Source of the DNA: an uncultured bacterium
GTDB taxonomy: Bacteria > Caldisericota > Caldisericia > B22-G15
DNA: 27,311 bases
Direction of reading: 5' to 3'
Assembly (NCBI GenBank): GCA_965612865.1
Contig: CBFDTJ010000011.1
Coordinates: 1-27,311, forward strand
Shown here: positions 16,122-25,020 of the stretch, one piece after another
Numbering within the stretch: the stretch's first letter is position 1
Layout of the letters: the number at the start of each line of letters is the position of its first letter
Made by a program: the position numbers and the translations under genes
The notes under the pieces: model-generated
The model's input: only the letters and a program-made list of their open reading frames with translations
Databases searched by the model: none
What the model was told of the DNA's origin: nothing

Positions 16122-17824
16122 CAAACTTTGAGATTTCCAGGACACTCTCAAGGGTAGCAAAGGTACTATCCTTTAAAGGAGTGGAAAGAAAAAGAATTAC
16201 AGATATTAAAATTCTCTCAATGACTGTGGAAGGACTGCCTTTTGAACTGAATCCCGAGTCTCTTGAGAGGGTGGAGAAGTATCTTCTGAATAAGTCCTAC
16301 CTTAAAAAGATTTTAAGAGATCTTGTGGTTTATGGAAAAAGTGAAGAGATTGAAATTTTATTGAGAGATGTGCCACCAAGTCTTCTTGAGCTTACAAGAA
16401 TTCCCGGGGTTGGTGGACGGACGTTAAAGATACTTTATGAAAGGTTTGGTGTGGTTGATATATATGGCCTTGAATCTGTTTTAAAGGAAGGTTTGCTTAG
16501 CAGGGTAAAAGAGATAGGGTTAAATGGTGAGGAGATAATAAAGAAAAATATAAACAAATACTTTAAATTAAAAAGAGAATTCTCTCTATCAACTGCTGAA
16601 TCTCTCTTCAGACACATTAAAGACATACTCATTAATTATGGAGCAAAGAGAGTTGAAATTGCTGGAAGTGTAAGAAGAAAAAAGGAGATAGTTTCAAACC
16701 TAAATATTGTGTGTGAGGTGGAAAATCCTACCAGGTTTAAAAAGAATCTTAAGGGAGATGCAAGCACAATAAAATTCATAGCCAGAGGAGACCATATTGA
16801 ATTTTTTTATGGGGATTGTGAAATTCCAATTAAATTACTTATTGTTCCAAAGGACTACTTTGGTTCGGCACTTCTGTTTTTTACTGGGCCGAGAAATTTC
16901 AGTAACTATTTGGTAAGTAAAGGGAAAGATTATGGATACAAGACTCTTCCTCCAGGTTACCTGTGGATAAAAGGTGAGGAGAAAGAGATCTTTAATATCT
17001 TAGGGATGCAATACATTCCTCCAGAGGTAAGAGAGAGGTGGAAGGAATATTTAGATACAAAGGAGCTTTTGAGTAATCTCAATATAAAAGGGGATTTGCA
17101 TGTACATACAAACTACTCAGATGGAATTTCAAGTATTTATGAGATTGTATCCTTTGCAAGGGACATGGGTTATAAATACATAGGTATTTCAGATCACACA
17201 AAGGATTTAAAGGTGGTTAATGGGTTAAACGAGAAAAGATTAATGAAGGAGCGGCTGGAAGTAAGAAAACTACAATCAAAGTTCCCAGAAATAAAGATTC
17301 TTTTCGGTGCAGAGGTAAATATAAGGCAGGATGGCTCCCTTGATATACAGGAAAGTGCACTTAGAGAGCTTGATTTTGTCATAGCATCCATTCACTATGG
17401 TTTTTATCTTGACAGAGAGATAAACACAAAGAGGATGATTAAAGCAATAAGAAATCCCTATGTAAGCATAATTGGACACCCTACAGGAAGAAAAATAGGT
17501 GAGAGGGAAAGAATGAACATGAGATACGATTTAATATTTAAGGAAGCCGAAAAGACAGGAACAATTATTGAAGTAAATGCTACCAATGATAGATTGGACA
17601 TAGATTCAAATATGGCCTACGATTTGAGAAATAGAGAGGTACTATTTTCAATAGGCTCTGATGCACATTTTGCTCCCCAGCTTCACTCTCTATCAAATTT
17701 TGGTGTATTTATCTTAAGAAGAGCTCTTGTTTCAGAAAATAAAGTTATAAATACCTTTAATCTGGATCACCTATTGGAGGTTTTGGGTAGAAAAAGGAGG
17801 AATCTCAACGAGGACAACAACTAA
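16118..17824 (+). CDS. polX: Family X DNA polymerase-PHP protein, non-canonical (polymerase site degenerate)
   Basis: HhH 'IPGVG', AGSVRR, FTG, YIPPE.RE; PHP motifs DLHVHTNYSDG, SDH, GAE, ASIH, GHPTGR, GSDAH; TTG start overlaps pheT stop. Confidence 0.92.
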   Translation: MTNFEISRTLSRVAKVLSFKGVERKRITDIKILSMTVEGLPFELNPESLERVEKYLLNKSYLKKILRDLVVYGKSEEIEILLRDVPPSLLELTRIPGVGGRTLKILYERFGVVDIYGLESVLKEGLLSRVKEIGLNGEEIIKKNINKYFKLKREFSLSTAESLFRHIKDILINYGAKRVEIAGSVRRKKEIVSNLNIVCEVENPTRFKKNLKGDASTIKFIARGDHIEFFYGDCEIPIKLLIVPKDYFGSALLFFTGPRNFSNYLVSKGKDYGYKTLPPGYLWIKGEEKEIFNILGMQYIPPEVRERWKEYLDTKELLSNLNIKGDLHVHTNYSDGISSIYEIVSFARDMGYKYIGISDHTKDLKVVNGLNEKRLMKERLEVRKLQSKFPEIKILFGAEVNIRQDGSLDIQESALRELDFVIASIHYGFYLDREINTKRMIKAIRNPYVSIIGHPTGRKIGERERMNMRYDLIFKEAEKTGTIIEVNATNDRLDIDSNMAYDLRNREVLFSIGSDAHFAPQLHSLSNFGVFILRRALVSENKVINTFNLDHLLEVLGRKRRNLNEDNN

Positions 17825-18265
17825 GGCAGAGGCTCCTTTTTTCTCTCCAATTACGCCCATCCCTTCCATAGTTTTCCCTTTTATTGATATTAGATTTTTA
17901 TCAATTTCCATTATCTTTGACAAATTTTCCTTAATCTTTTCTTTAAAATCCAGTATTTTTGGTTTCTCCATTATAACGATGGCGTCAATGTTTATTATCC
18001 TAACTTCCTTTTTCTTTAATATATTTATTGTGGTTTTTAATATGTCTACACTACTTTTGTTCTTCCAGGAAGAACAAAACAACTCTCCTATGTCCCCCGT
18101 TCCTGTTGCACCAAGAAGTGCATCTACAAGAGCGTGAATCAATATATCACCATCTGTTTCGCTTACAAGACCATACTCATATGGAATCTCTACGCCTCCA
18201 AGTATAAGAGGTGCACCTTTTTTAAAGATATGAAAATCAAATCCTATACCAATCTTTATACTCAC
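17771..18265 (-). CDS. ispF: 2-C-methyl-D-erythritol 2,4-cyclodiphosphate synthase
   Basis: GIGFDFH, LGGVEIP, HALVDALLGA, GDIG, NID, PKI. Confidence 0.95.
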   Translation of the reverse strand: MSIKIGIGFDFHIFKKGAPLILGGVEIPYEYGLVSETDGDILIHALVDALLGATGTGDIGELFCSSWKNKSSVDILKTTINILKKKEVRIINIDAIVIMEKPKILDFKEKIKENLSKIMEIDKNLISIKGKTMEGMGVIGEKKGASALVVVLVEIPPFSTQNLQ

Positions 18266-18923
18266 TTATGATCCTTTCCACAAATAGAATATCTTCTCTA
18301 TAGGTTACCTTTATATTTTCTGTATTACCCTTTACTGTTTTTACAGAAAGTCCATTTTTTTCAAAAGCCATAGCATCGTCATACATATCCTCGTCAAACT
18401 CTTCTATCTTTTTTAATATGAGAGGAAAAGGAAAACCTTCAGGGGTTTGAACAGAACAAAGTGTTTTTCTGTCAGGAGTCTTTATAGCTCTTCCATCTTC
18501 TACAAACTTTACAGTTTCTCTCAAAGGAGAGCATGGTATACATGCAGTATCCTTCTCTATTCCAGATATTACTCTTCTTATTGTATCAGTGGAGACAAGA
18601 GGTCTTACAGCATCATGAATTAAAACTTTCTTTACAGAATATTTCTTTAAGGCTCTAAGCCCATTGAGAACAGAATCCCTTCTTCTTTCTCCCCCTTCCA
18701 CAACCTCTATTTTTTTCTCAAACTTCTTCACAAGATCTATTACTTTCCTTGCATTTTCTATATCTTCCTTTTTTACAACAACCACTACATGAGAAACTTC
18801 CTTAAGTTTTATAAAAGGAATAAGCGTATAAAAGAGAAGGGGCTTTCCTGAAACAGGGAAAAATACCTTGTTCCCTTTGAATCTTTCTCCCTTACCTCCT
18901 CCTACTATTACTGTTCCTACCAT
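18237..18923 (-). CDS. ispD: 2-C-methyl-D-erythritol 4-phosphate cytidylyltransferase
   Basis: GGKGERF..K, GGERRRDSV, LIHDAVRP, VQTP, DDA, NIKVT. Confidence 0.95.
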   Translation of the reverse strand: MVGTVIVGGGKGERFKGNKVFFPVSGKPLLFYTLIPFIKLKEVSHVVVVVKKEDIENARKVIDLVKKFEKKIEVVEGGERRRDSVLNGLRALKKYSVKKVLIHDAVRPLVSTDTIRRVISGIEKDTACIPCSPLRETVKFVEDGRAIKTPDRKTLCSVQTPEGFPFPLILKKIEEFDEDMYDDAMAFEKNGLSVKTVKGNTENIKVTYREDILFVERIISEYKDWYRI

Positions 18924-19989
18924 TTACAATGTCACCAAAAATCATTGTTCCAGTAGGTCCCTGAAGAAGGGATGTAACCTCTACATTAACCACTTCCCCT
19001 ATGTGGTACTTTCCCTCTTCAACTACAACCATTGTTCCATCGTCAAGATAACCTACACCCTGTGCTCTCTCTTTACCTTCTTTCACAATCTTTACCTGCA
19101 GTTTCTCTCCTGGAAGAACTACTTTTCTTAGAGCATGGGCTAACTCATTTACATTCAATACTTTAATACCTCTTGTTCTTGCTACCTGAGAAAGGTTAAA
19201 ATCTGTAGTTATGACTTTAGCTTTCATCTTTCTTGCAAGATTTATAAGCTTTGTATCAATTGGGATTCTTTCACCTTTTGCGTCAAATATCTTTATCTTT
19301 TCAGGATACTCCTCTTTCAATCTCTGGAGAATATCAAGCCCCCTTCTACCTCTGATTCTCTTAGATGAATCCTCTGAATCAGCAACCATCTGTAACTCTT
19401 CAAGAATAAATGTGGGAATAAAGATTGCCCCATCAATGAAACCTGAATCTATAAGTTCAAGAATTCTTCCATCTATTATTGCAGATGTATCAAGTAGATA
19501 TTTGGGGTAAAGTTTCTTCTCCTTTGGTATCCTCTCCCCAAACCTCTTTGGTTGTAATTTTATAGCATCAAGTATCTCTTTTCTCCTCTTTAGAAGTATT
19601 CCTACGGTAATACCAAAGACAAATATGGCAACAAGAATTCCAATGTATGGACCCACTATTGGAATCTTTGATATAAGTGCATAGAATAGATAGGATATTA
19701 AGAGAGAGACGAGAACAGAGAATATGCCAAGGAAGAGCTCAGCAAGGGAGAGCGAAGAGAGAAATTTATCTATTACAGTTATCACAAAATTTATCAATTT
19801 GTAGATGGGTGGAAATAGTAAATAAAAGATAAAGAATGAGAGAAGGAAGAATATAAGATAGAGAAACAGTGGTCCTATGTGATAGAGTTTTTCTGAAAAG
19901 AAACTATAATTGTAATAGAGTATTAGAACTCCTATGCCTCCGCCAATAAATGAAAAAATATACCGTAAAAAAGTCCAAAGCTTTTTCAT
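18892..19989 (-). CDS. yacL: Membrane-anchored PIN/TRAM domain protein (YacL-like)
   Basis: Four N-terminal TMs; PIN 'LDTSAIIDGRI', 'RGRRGLDIL', 'TTDFNL'; TRAM 'GKE..QGVGYLDDGTMVVVE'; synteny between radA and ispD. Confidence 0.93.
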   Translation of the reverse strand: MKKLWTFLRYIFSFIGGGIGVLILYYNYSFFSEKLYHIGPLFLYLIFFLLSFFIFYLLFPPIYKLINFVITVIDKFLSSLSLAELFLGIFSVLVSLLISYLFYALISKIPIVGPYIGILVAIFVFGITVGILLKRRKEILDAIKLQPKRFGERIPKEKKLYPKYLLDTSAIIDGRILELIDSGFIDGAIFIPTFILEELQMVADSEDSSKRIRGRRGLDILQRLKEEYPEKIKIFDAKGERIPIDTKLINLARKMKAKVITTDFNLSQVARTRGIKVLNVNELAHALRKVVLPGEKLQVKIVKEGKERAQGVGYLDDGTMVVVEEGKYHIGEVVNVEVTSLLQGPTGTMIFGDIVNGRNSNSRRR

Positions 19990-20011
19990 TTTTATGCTCC
20001 TTTTAAAAAAA

Positions 20012-21343
20012 TTACTTAAGGTTTCCTATTAAATTATACACCGTTTTTATAAATATGTTCCGTCCCCCCTCACTCTTTTCAAACTCTTTTTGCATGGATG
20101 AAGGTAAGATGAAGTTTTTGTAACCGAGCTTTAATGCCTCTTTATACCTTTTTTTCATAAGGCTTACATTTCTGATCTCCCCTCCCAATCCCACTTCGCC
20201 AAAGGATACAAAATTTGATGTGGGTATATCCTTAAGAGATGAGTATATGGATACTATAACAGGAAGGTCAGAAGCAGGTTCAACTATCTTTACTCCCCCA
20301 GTAACATTCACATATATGTCATACTTATAAAGGGGGAGTTTAAGATACTTCTCCATAATTGCAATAAGTATGGATAATTTTGTATAGTCAATGCCCACAG
20401 ACACTCTTCTTGGTTGTGGAAGGTAAGAGGTCACAACAAGTGCCTGCACTTCAACAAGCAGTGGTTTCATTCCACTTTCAATGGTTGGGAGTATTACACT
20501 TCCCGGTATCTCTTTTTCTCTCTCTGTTAAAAAGTATTGGGAAGGATTTTTGACTTCTTTTAAGCCTTCTTCCTCCATGGAAAAAAGCACAAGCTCTTGA
20601 GTTGAACCAAATCTGTTCTTCTTTGATCTTAAGATTCTATACATCTGGTACCTTTCTCCCTCAAGGTATAGAACAGTATCAACAAGATGTTCAAGGATTT
20701 TAGGTCCAGCAATATCTCCAACCTTTGTTACATGTCCCACAATTATTATTGGAATTCCGTGTGTTTTAGCTATATGCATAAGTTTATCTGTGGCGTTTCT
20801 CACCTGTGTTGGGCTTCCAGATAGAGAAGATACGCCCTCTTCTCTCATGGTTTGAATTGAATCTACTATGGTTAAAACAGGTTTTAATTCCTTTACGGCG
20901 TTAACCACAGTTTCTATATCAGTTTCGTAAAGAAAGTATAGATTTTTTGGTGAAGATTTAGTTATCCTTGTCAGTCTCGATGAAATTTGAAGAGGAGATT
21001 CCTCGCCAGATATATAAAGCACATTCCCTTTCCCTTTTGCTATATTTAATGCAATTTGAAGTAAAAGAGTGGACTTTCCTATTCCTGGTTCTCCAGATAA
21101 AAGAATTATGGAGCCTTTTACTATTCCTCCTCCAAGAAGTTCATCAAAACCAACAAAACCTGTTTTTATTCTCTCTTCCTTTAAACTTTCTATAATAACA
21201 GGGCTTTTCTTTTTGGTTCTTAGTGATTTTTTATTTTCCACTTCCTCAAAAGAGTTCCATGAACCACAATTTGGGCATCTTCCCAATTTCATTATTGTTT
21301 CGTATCCGCAGACTTTACATCTATACTTAGTTTCTTTCTTCAT
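20012..21343 (-). CDS. radA: DNA repair protein RadA/Sms
   Basis: CKVC..CPNC zinc finger, Walker A GEPGIGKST, IVDSIQT, GHVTK, KNRFG, Lon-like C-terminal 'GEVGLGGEIR'. Confidence 0.98.
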   Translation of the reverse strand: MKKETKYRCKVCGYETIMKLGRCPNCGSWNSFEEVENKKSLRTKKKSPVIIESLKEERIKTGFVGFDELLGGGIVKGSIILLSGEPGIGKSTLLLQIALNIAKGKGNVLYISGEESPLQISSRLTRITKSSPKNLYFLYETDIETVVNAVKELKPVLTIVDSIQTMREEGVSSLSGSPTQVRNATDKLMHIAKTHGIPIIIVGHVTKVGDIAGPKILEHLVDTVLYLEGERYQMYRILRSKKNRFGSTQELVLFSMEEEGLKEVKNPSQYFLTEREKEIPGSVILPTIESGMKPLLVEVQALVVTSYLPQPRRVSVGIDYTKLSILIAIMEKYLKLPLYKYDIYVNVTGGVKIVEPASDLPVIVSIYSSLKDIPTSNFVSFGEVGLGGEIRNVSLMKKRYKEALKLGYKNFILPSSMQKEFEKSEGGRNIFIKTVYNLIGNLK

Positions 21344-22371
21344 ATAACACCTTTTAAGTGCTCTTTAAGGAGTCTTGCCCTTAATGTATCTATTGTTTCT
21401 CCGGTTATATCCCCGAACTCTATTTTTTCATACTCCGGGTTTATCCTTATAAACAGTTCATCAACCTTCTCAAGTGGTATATTTAATACGTTCATTACTG
21501 CACCAAGTCTGATCCATGAAAGAAACTCGAGAGCCTCATTGAAAGTTATCCTCAATGAGTATTTTATTATACCCTTCGCCCTCTCAATCTCATTTAGAAT
21601 ATCTACACTGGATTTTTGAAAAACTTCCCCTCTTTCTTTTCTCTCCATATTGCCTATTTCTCTGGTGATACTTTCAATGGTTTTGACTATATTTTCCTCG
21701 CTTCTTCCAAGAGTATTAACATTGGATATTTTAAATATACTGTCAAATATAGGTTCAACATTTAAAGAAAATTTTGGTGCACTTTTTGTTATGTTATCTA
21801 TCTTTCCCCTTAATTTTAAAACAGGAAGATGCATAAAGACAAAGGCCTTTAATCCCGTTCCAACATTCTTTAAAGATGCAGTAAGATAACCTATATCCTT
21901 CATATAGGCTATGTCAAGAAAGCTCTCAAGCTCATCACATATTCTCATACCTTTATCCAGTATTTTATTAAGAGAGAGCCCTCCCTGCATCAGTTTTATT
22001 GTTATATGATCCTCTCCGTTTATCATAATAATTAAATTCCCATCTTTAGAGAGTAGTATATATTTTGAATACGGATTATCTATAAAGTCTTTTGATATTA
22101 TGTGCATTTCAGCAAGAACCCTTCTTTCAATATCACTTATCTCAAGTAGATTAATCCCGAAAAGATTCAAGCTTCTTAGAAACTCTGATTTTAAGAAGGC
22201 ATCATTTATCAGCTGAATAATCTTTCCCTTTTCTTCCTTTGAGGCCCTTTTTGGGAATGGAATTTTTGCAATATTCCTTGAGATTTTTATTCCACTTGCC
22301 AGTGTTATGTCTCTTTCTTCTTCTCCCTCTCTTATCCAGAGGGGAAGTTTATCTATTAGATTTTTTAGCAT
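21340..22371 (-). CDS. mcsB: McsB-like ATP:guanido phosphotransferase fold protein, probable pseudokinase
   Basis: Downstream of mcsA; 'SRN..PFP', 'INGEDH', 'GYLT...NVGTGL', 'MHLP', 'ISN..TLG.SE', 'LSWIRLG'; catalytic residues substituted. Confidence 0.9.
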   Translation of the reverse strand: MLKNLIDKLPLWIREGEEERDITLASGIKISRNIAKIPFPKRASKEEKGKIIQLINDAFLKSEFLRSLNLFGINLLEISDIERRVLAEMHIISKDFIDNPYSKYILLSKDGNLIIMINGEDHITIKLMQGGLSLNKILDKGMRICDELESFLDIAYMKDIGYLTASLKNVGTGLKAFVFMHLPVLKLRGKIDNITKSAPKFSLNVEPIFDSIFKISNVNTLGRSEENIVKTIESITREIGNMERKERGEVFQKSSVDILNEIERAKGIIKYSLRITFNEALEFLSWIRLGAVMNVLNIPLEKVDELFIRINPEYEKIEFGDITGETIDTLRARLLKEHLKGVI

Positions 22372-22882
22372 TATCCATAAGTTCTTTAATTTTATCTCTT
22401 ATTCTGGCGGCATCCTCGTATCTCTCCTCCTCCACTGCCACCTCAAGCTCTCTCTTTAACCTTTTAATTTCCTTTTCAACAGGGGATAAAGCCACATACT
22501 TCTCCCCTTTTTTCTTCCCTACATGCTTTATACTCCCATGTATGTTTAATAGGTATGGCTTTATCTCTTCCTTGAAAGTTGTGTAGCACTCAGAGCATCC
22601 AAGAAGGCCATTTTCCTTAAACTCCTCAAAGGTCAATCCACATACCGGACATCTCTCTTTTTTCTCAACAGAGCTTGTTTTAACCACACCACCCTGAACC
22701 ATTACTTCAAAGAGTTTCTTTACCATGTTTTCGTCCACAGGTATATCCATCTCCTTGAGCATTCCAATCACTCCAAGTTCCTTTGCACACTCTTCACATA
22801 TGTGGAGTTCTTTCTTTACTCCCCCAATGTACTCAGTTATATGAATTACAGCCTCTCTTTTTTTGCAGACCTGACAAAGCAT
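22349..22882 (-). CDS. mcsA: McsA (McsB activator; CxxC zinc motifs + UVR domain)
   Basis: CQVC, CEEC, CPVC, GCSECY, 'IHG..KHVGK', UVR 'AVEEERYEDAARIRD'. Confidence 0.95.
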   Translation of the reverse strand: MLCQVCKKREAVIHITEYIGGVKKELHICEECAKELGVIGMLKEMDIPVDENMVKKLFEVMVQGGVVKTSSVEKKERCPVCGLTFEEFKENGLLGCSECYTTFKEEIKPYLLNIHGSIKHVGKKKGEKYVALSPVEKEIKRLKRELEVAVEEERYEDAARIRDKIKELMDNAKKSNR

Positions 22883-22906
22883 ATCATAACCTCCAGATAA
22901 ATTCTA

Positions 22907-24307
22907 TCACAGATTCCTTTCAATTCTTTCTTTTACAGTTTCCCTTCCAAGAAGCTCTATTAATGTGAATAAAGGAGGTGAAGCAAATCTTCCAGTGAGA
23001 AGATAACGGAGAGGTTGAGCAATAACTTTTAATTTTATTCCCATCTCCTCAAGTATTTCCCTTATCTTTTTTTCTATGTTTATGGCTTCAAAGGGTTCGA
23101 TTGTATTGATTGAGCTTAAAAATTTCTTAAGAAATGATGAAACCCTTTCATCTTCAATTATTTCCTTTATTTTACTATCTTCATAGGTCGGTTCGTTTAT
23201 AAAATACTCTACAAGATAAGGTATATCGTTTAGCACCTTTATATTTCCTTGTATCTCCTTTAAAACTCTCTTTACAAATTCCACTCCCTTTTCCATAAGT
23301 CTATCTGGAATAAATTCCTTTCCTCGCTTCATTAATTCCTCTATGGAGAGATGTCTTATGTAATAGCCATTGATCCACCTTAGCTTTTCATAGTCAAACA
23401 CACTGGGTGTTCTTGATACCTTATCAATGGAAAACTCATCAATCATTTCTAAAAGGGAGAATATTTCCTTGTCCCCTTTCAGTGAAAAACCAAGAAGAAA
23501 TATGTAGTTTATAATGGCTTCTGGCAGGAAACCCTCCTTTTTAAACTCCTCAACAGATACAGAACCATGCCTTTTTGATAGTTTTTCTCTGTCCTTCCCA
23601 AGTATTAAAGGCAGATGGCCAAACTTAGGTGGTTTGATACCCAGTGCTTCATATATCAGTATCTGCTTATGTGTGTTTGAAAGGTGATCCTCACCCCTTA
23701 CCACATGTGTAATTCCCATTTCAAAATCATCAACAACGCACGAGAAATTATAGACAGGTATTCCATCAGATCTAACTATTATGAAATCATCAAGAACAGA
23801 GTTCATAAAATGCATATCTCCCTTTATTAAATCCTCAAATCTTACACCACCCTCTGGAACTTTGAATCTCCATACATACTTGTCCCCTTTTCTTATTCTT
23901 TCTTCCCTCTCTTCTTTTGATAGATTCCTACATTTACCAGAATATTTGTATGGTATTCCCTTTTTCTTTGCCTCTTCTCTTTCCCTCTCTATCTCCTCTT
24001 TTGTGCAAAAGCAGGGATACACCATATCTTTATCTATCAATTTTTGAAGATACTTATTATAAATGTTAAACCTTTCACTTTGAAAGAATGGACCTTCATC
24101 CCACTCTATACCAAGCCATTTCAAACCATCTAAAATTGCATCTACAGCTTCCTTTGTTGATCTTTTTACATCTGTGTCTTCAATCCTCAGTATAAATTTT
24201 CCGTTATTTTTTCTTGCAAATAGAAAGTTTATAAAGGCAGTTCTAACTCCACCTATATGAAGTAAGCCTGTTGGTGAAGGCGCAAATCTTACTCTTATTT
24301 TTTCCAT
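22907..24307 (-). CDS. gltX: Glutamate--tRNA ligase
   Basis: RFAPSPTG.LHIGG, LRIEDTD, CFC..YSGKC, RGEDH, KLSKR. Confidence 0.98.
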   Translation of the reverse strand: MEKIRVRFAPSPTGLLHIGGVRTAFINFLFARKNNGKFILRIEDTDVKRSTKEAVDAILDGLKWLGIEWDEGPFFQSERFNIYNKYLQKLIDKDMVYPCFCTKEEIEREREEAKKKGIPYKYSGKCRNLSKEEREERIRKGDKYVWRFKVPEGGVRFEDLIKGDMHFMNSVLDDFIIVRSDGIPVYNFSCVVDDFEMGITHVVRGEDHLSNTHKQILIYEALGIKPPKFGHLPLILGKDREKLSKRHGSVSVEEFKKEGFLPEAIINYIFLLGFSLKGDKEIFSLLEMIDEFSIDKVSRTPSVFDYEKLRWINGYYIRHLSIEELMKRGKEFIPDRLMEKGVEFVKRVLKEIQGNIKVLNDIPYLVEYFINEPTYEDSKIKEIIEDERVSSFLKKFLSSINTIEPFEAINIEKKIREILEEMGIKLKVIAQPLRYLLTGRFASPPLFTLIELLGRETVKERIERNL

Positions 24308-25020
24308 AATTCACACTCCTTTTTGAAATCACAGAAATTACAGAATTTGTTCTCTCTTTTTGGAAAGTATCCTTCCTCTATTTTTTTATAAACCTCAAGA
24401 ATAATGTTTTTACTCTCCTCTATTTTTTCTTCTGGTATATCCAGCTTTATCTTTTCCTGAGGTAAGGACAGGTAGTAAAGTGTAATGTACTTTGGTTTTT
24501 TCTTAAGTATTTCTTGAGCAGCAATCTTATATATTGACATTTGAAGGAGATTGCTTTCGTCAAGAAGTCCCAGTGATTTATATGCTAAACCATTTTTCCC
24601 GGTTTTATACTCCACAATTTCATAATCATCTCCAATCTTATCGATCCTATCAATATAACTTATTATTTCAATTCCGTTTATTTTAAATACTACCCTCTGC
24701 TCTACTGCAAAGGCTTTCTGATAGTTAAATATGTTTCTAAAATAGTATCTTCTCAAGATCTCCTTTGCCCTTTCAAGTTCCCTCATTTCTTCTTCTTTAG
24801 ATGAGTATCCTTCACTTATCCAGTTTTGTGTAAGAGATTCTATTAGAGATTTAAGAGGAGGATATGGTGGAAGTTTATGAAATTCTGAAAGCGCAATGTG
24901 AATGCTTTTACCAAAAGAAAAATAAGGCTTTGGTTTTGTTGGAAGTTTTTTGATGTATTGAAAGTAAAATTTTAGTGGACACTCAAGGTATGTCCATATC
25001 TTGGAGAAGCTAAGTCTCAT
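24295..25020 (-). CDS. PD-(D/E)XK RecB/AddB/Cas4-like nuclease with four-Cys Fe-S motif
   Basis: LSFS..TYLECP, G..IH, IDRID, EYKTG, Q..IY, C-terminal CNFCDFKKEC; ATG 25020 (alternative TTG 25026). Confidence 0.9.
   Translation of the reverse strand: MRLSFSKIWTYLECPLKFYFQYIKKLPTKPKPYFSFGKSIHIALSEFHKLPPYPPLKSLIESLTQNWISEGYSSKEEEMRELERAKEILRRYYFRNIFNYQKAFAVEQRVVFKINGIEIISYIDRIDKIGDDYEIVEYKTGKNGLAYKSLGLLDESNLLQMSIYKIAAQEILKKKPKYITLYYLSLPQEKIKLDIPEEKIEESKNIILEVYKKIEEGYFPKRENKFCNFCDFKKECELWKK

Noticed and set aside
20033..20038. TATAAT in the radA 3' end as an internal promoter for yacL-ispDF
   Set aside because: No -35 or TGn extension; expected by chance in AT-rich DNA.
24295..25020. Cas4-like gene as evidence of a CRISPR-Cas locus
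   Set aside because: No repeat-spacer array or other cas genes seen in the window.
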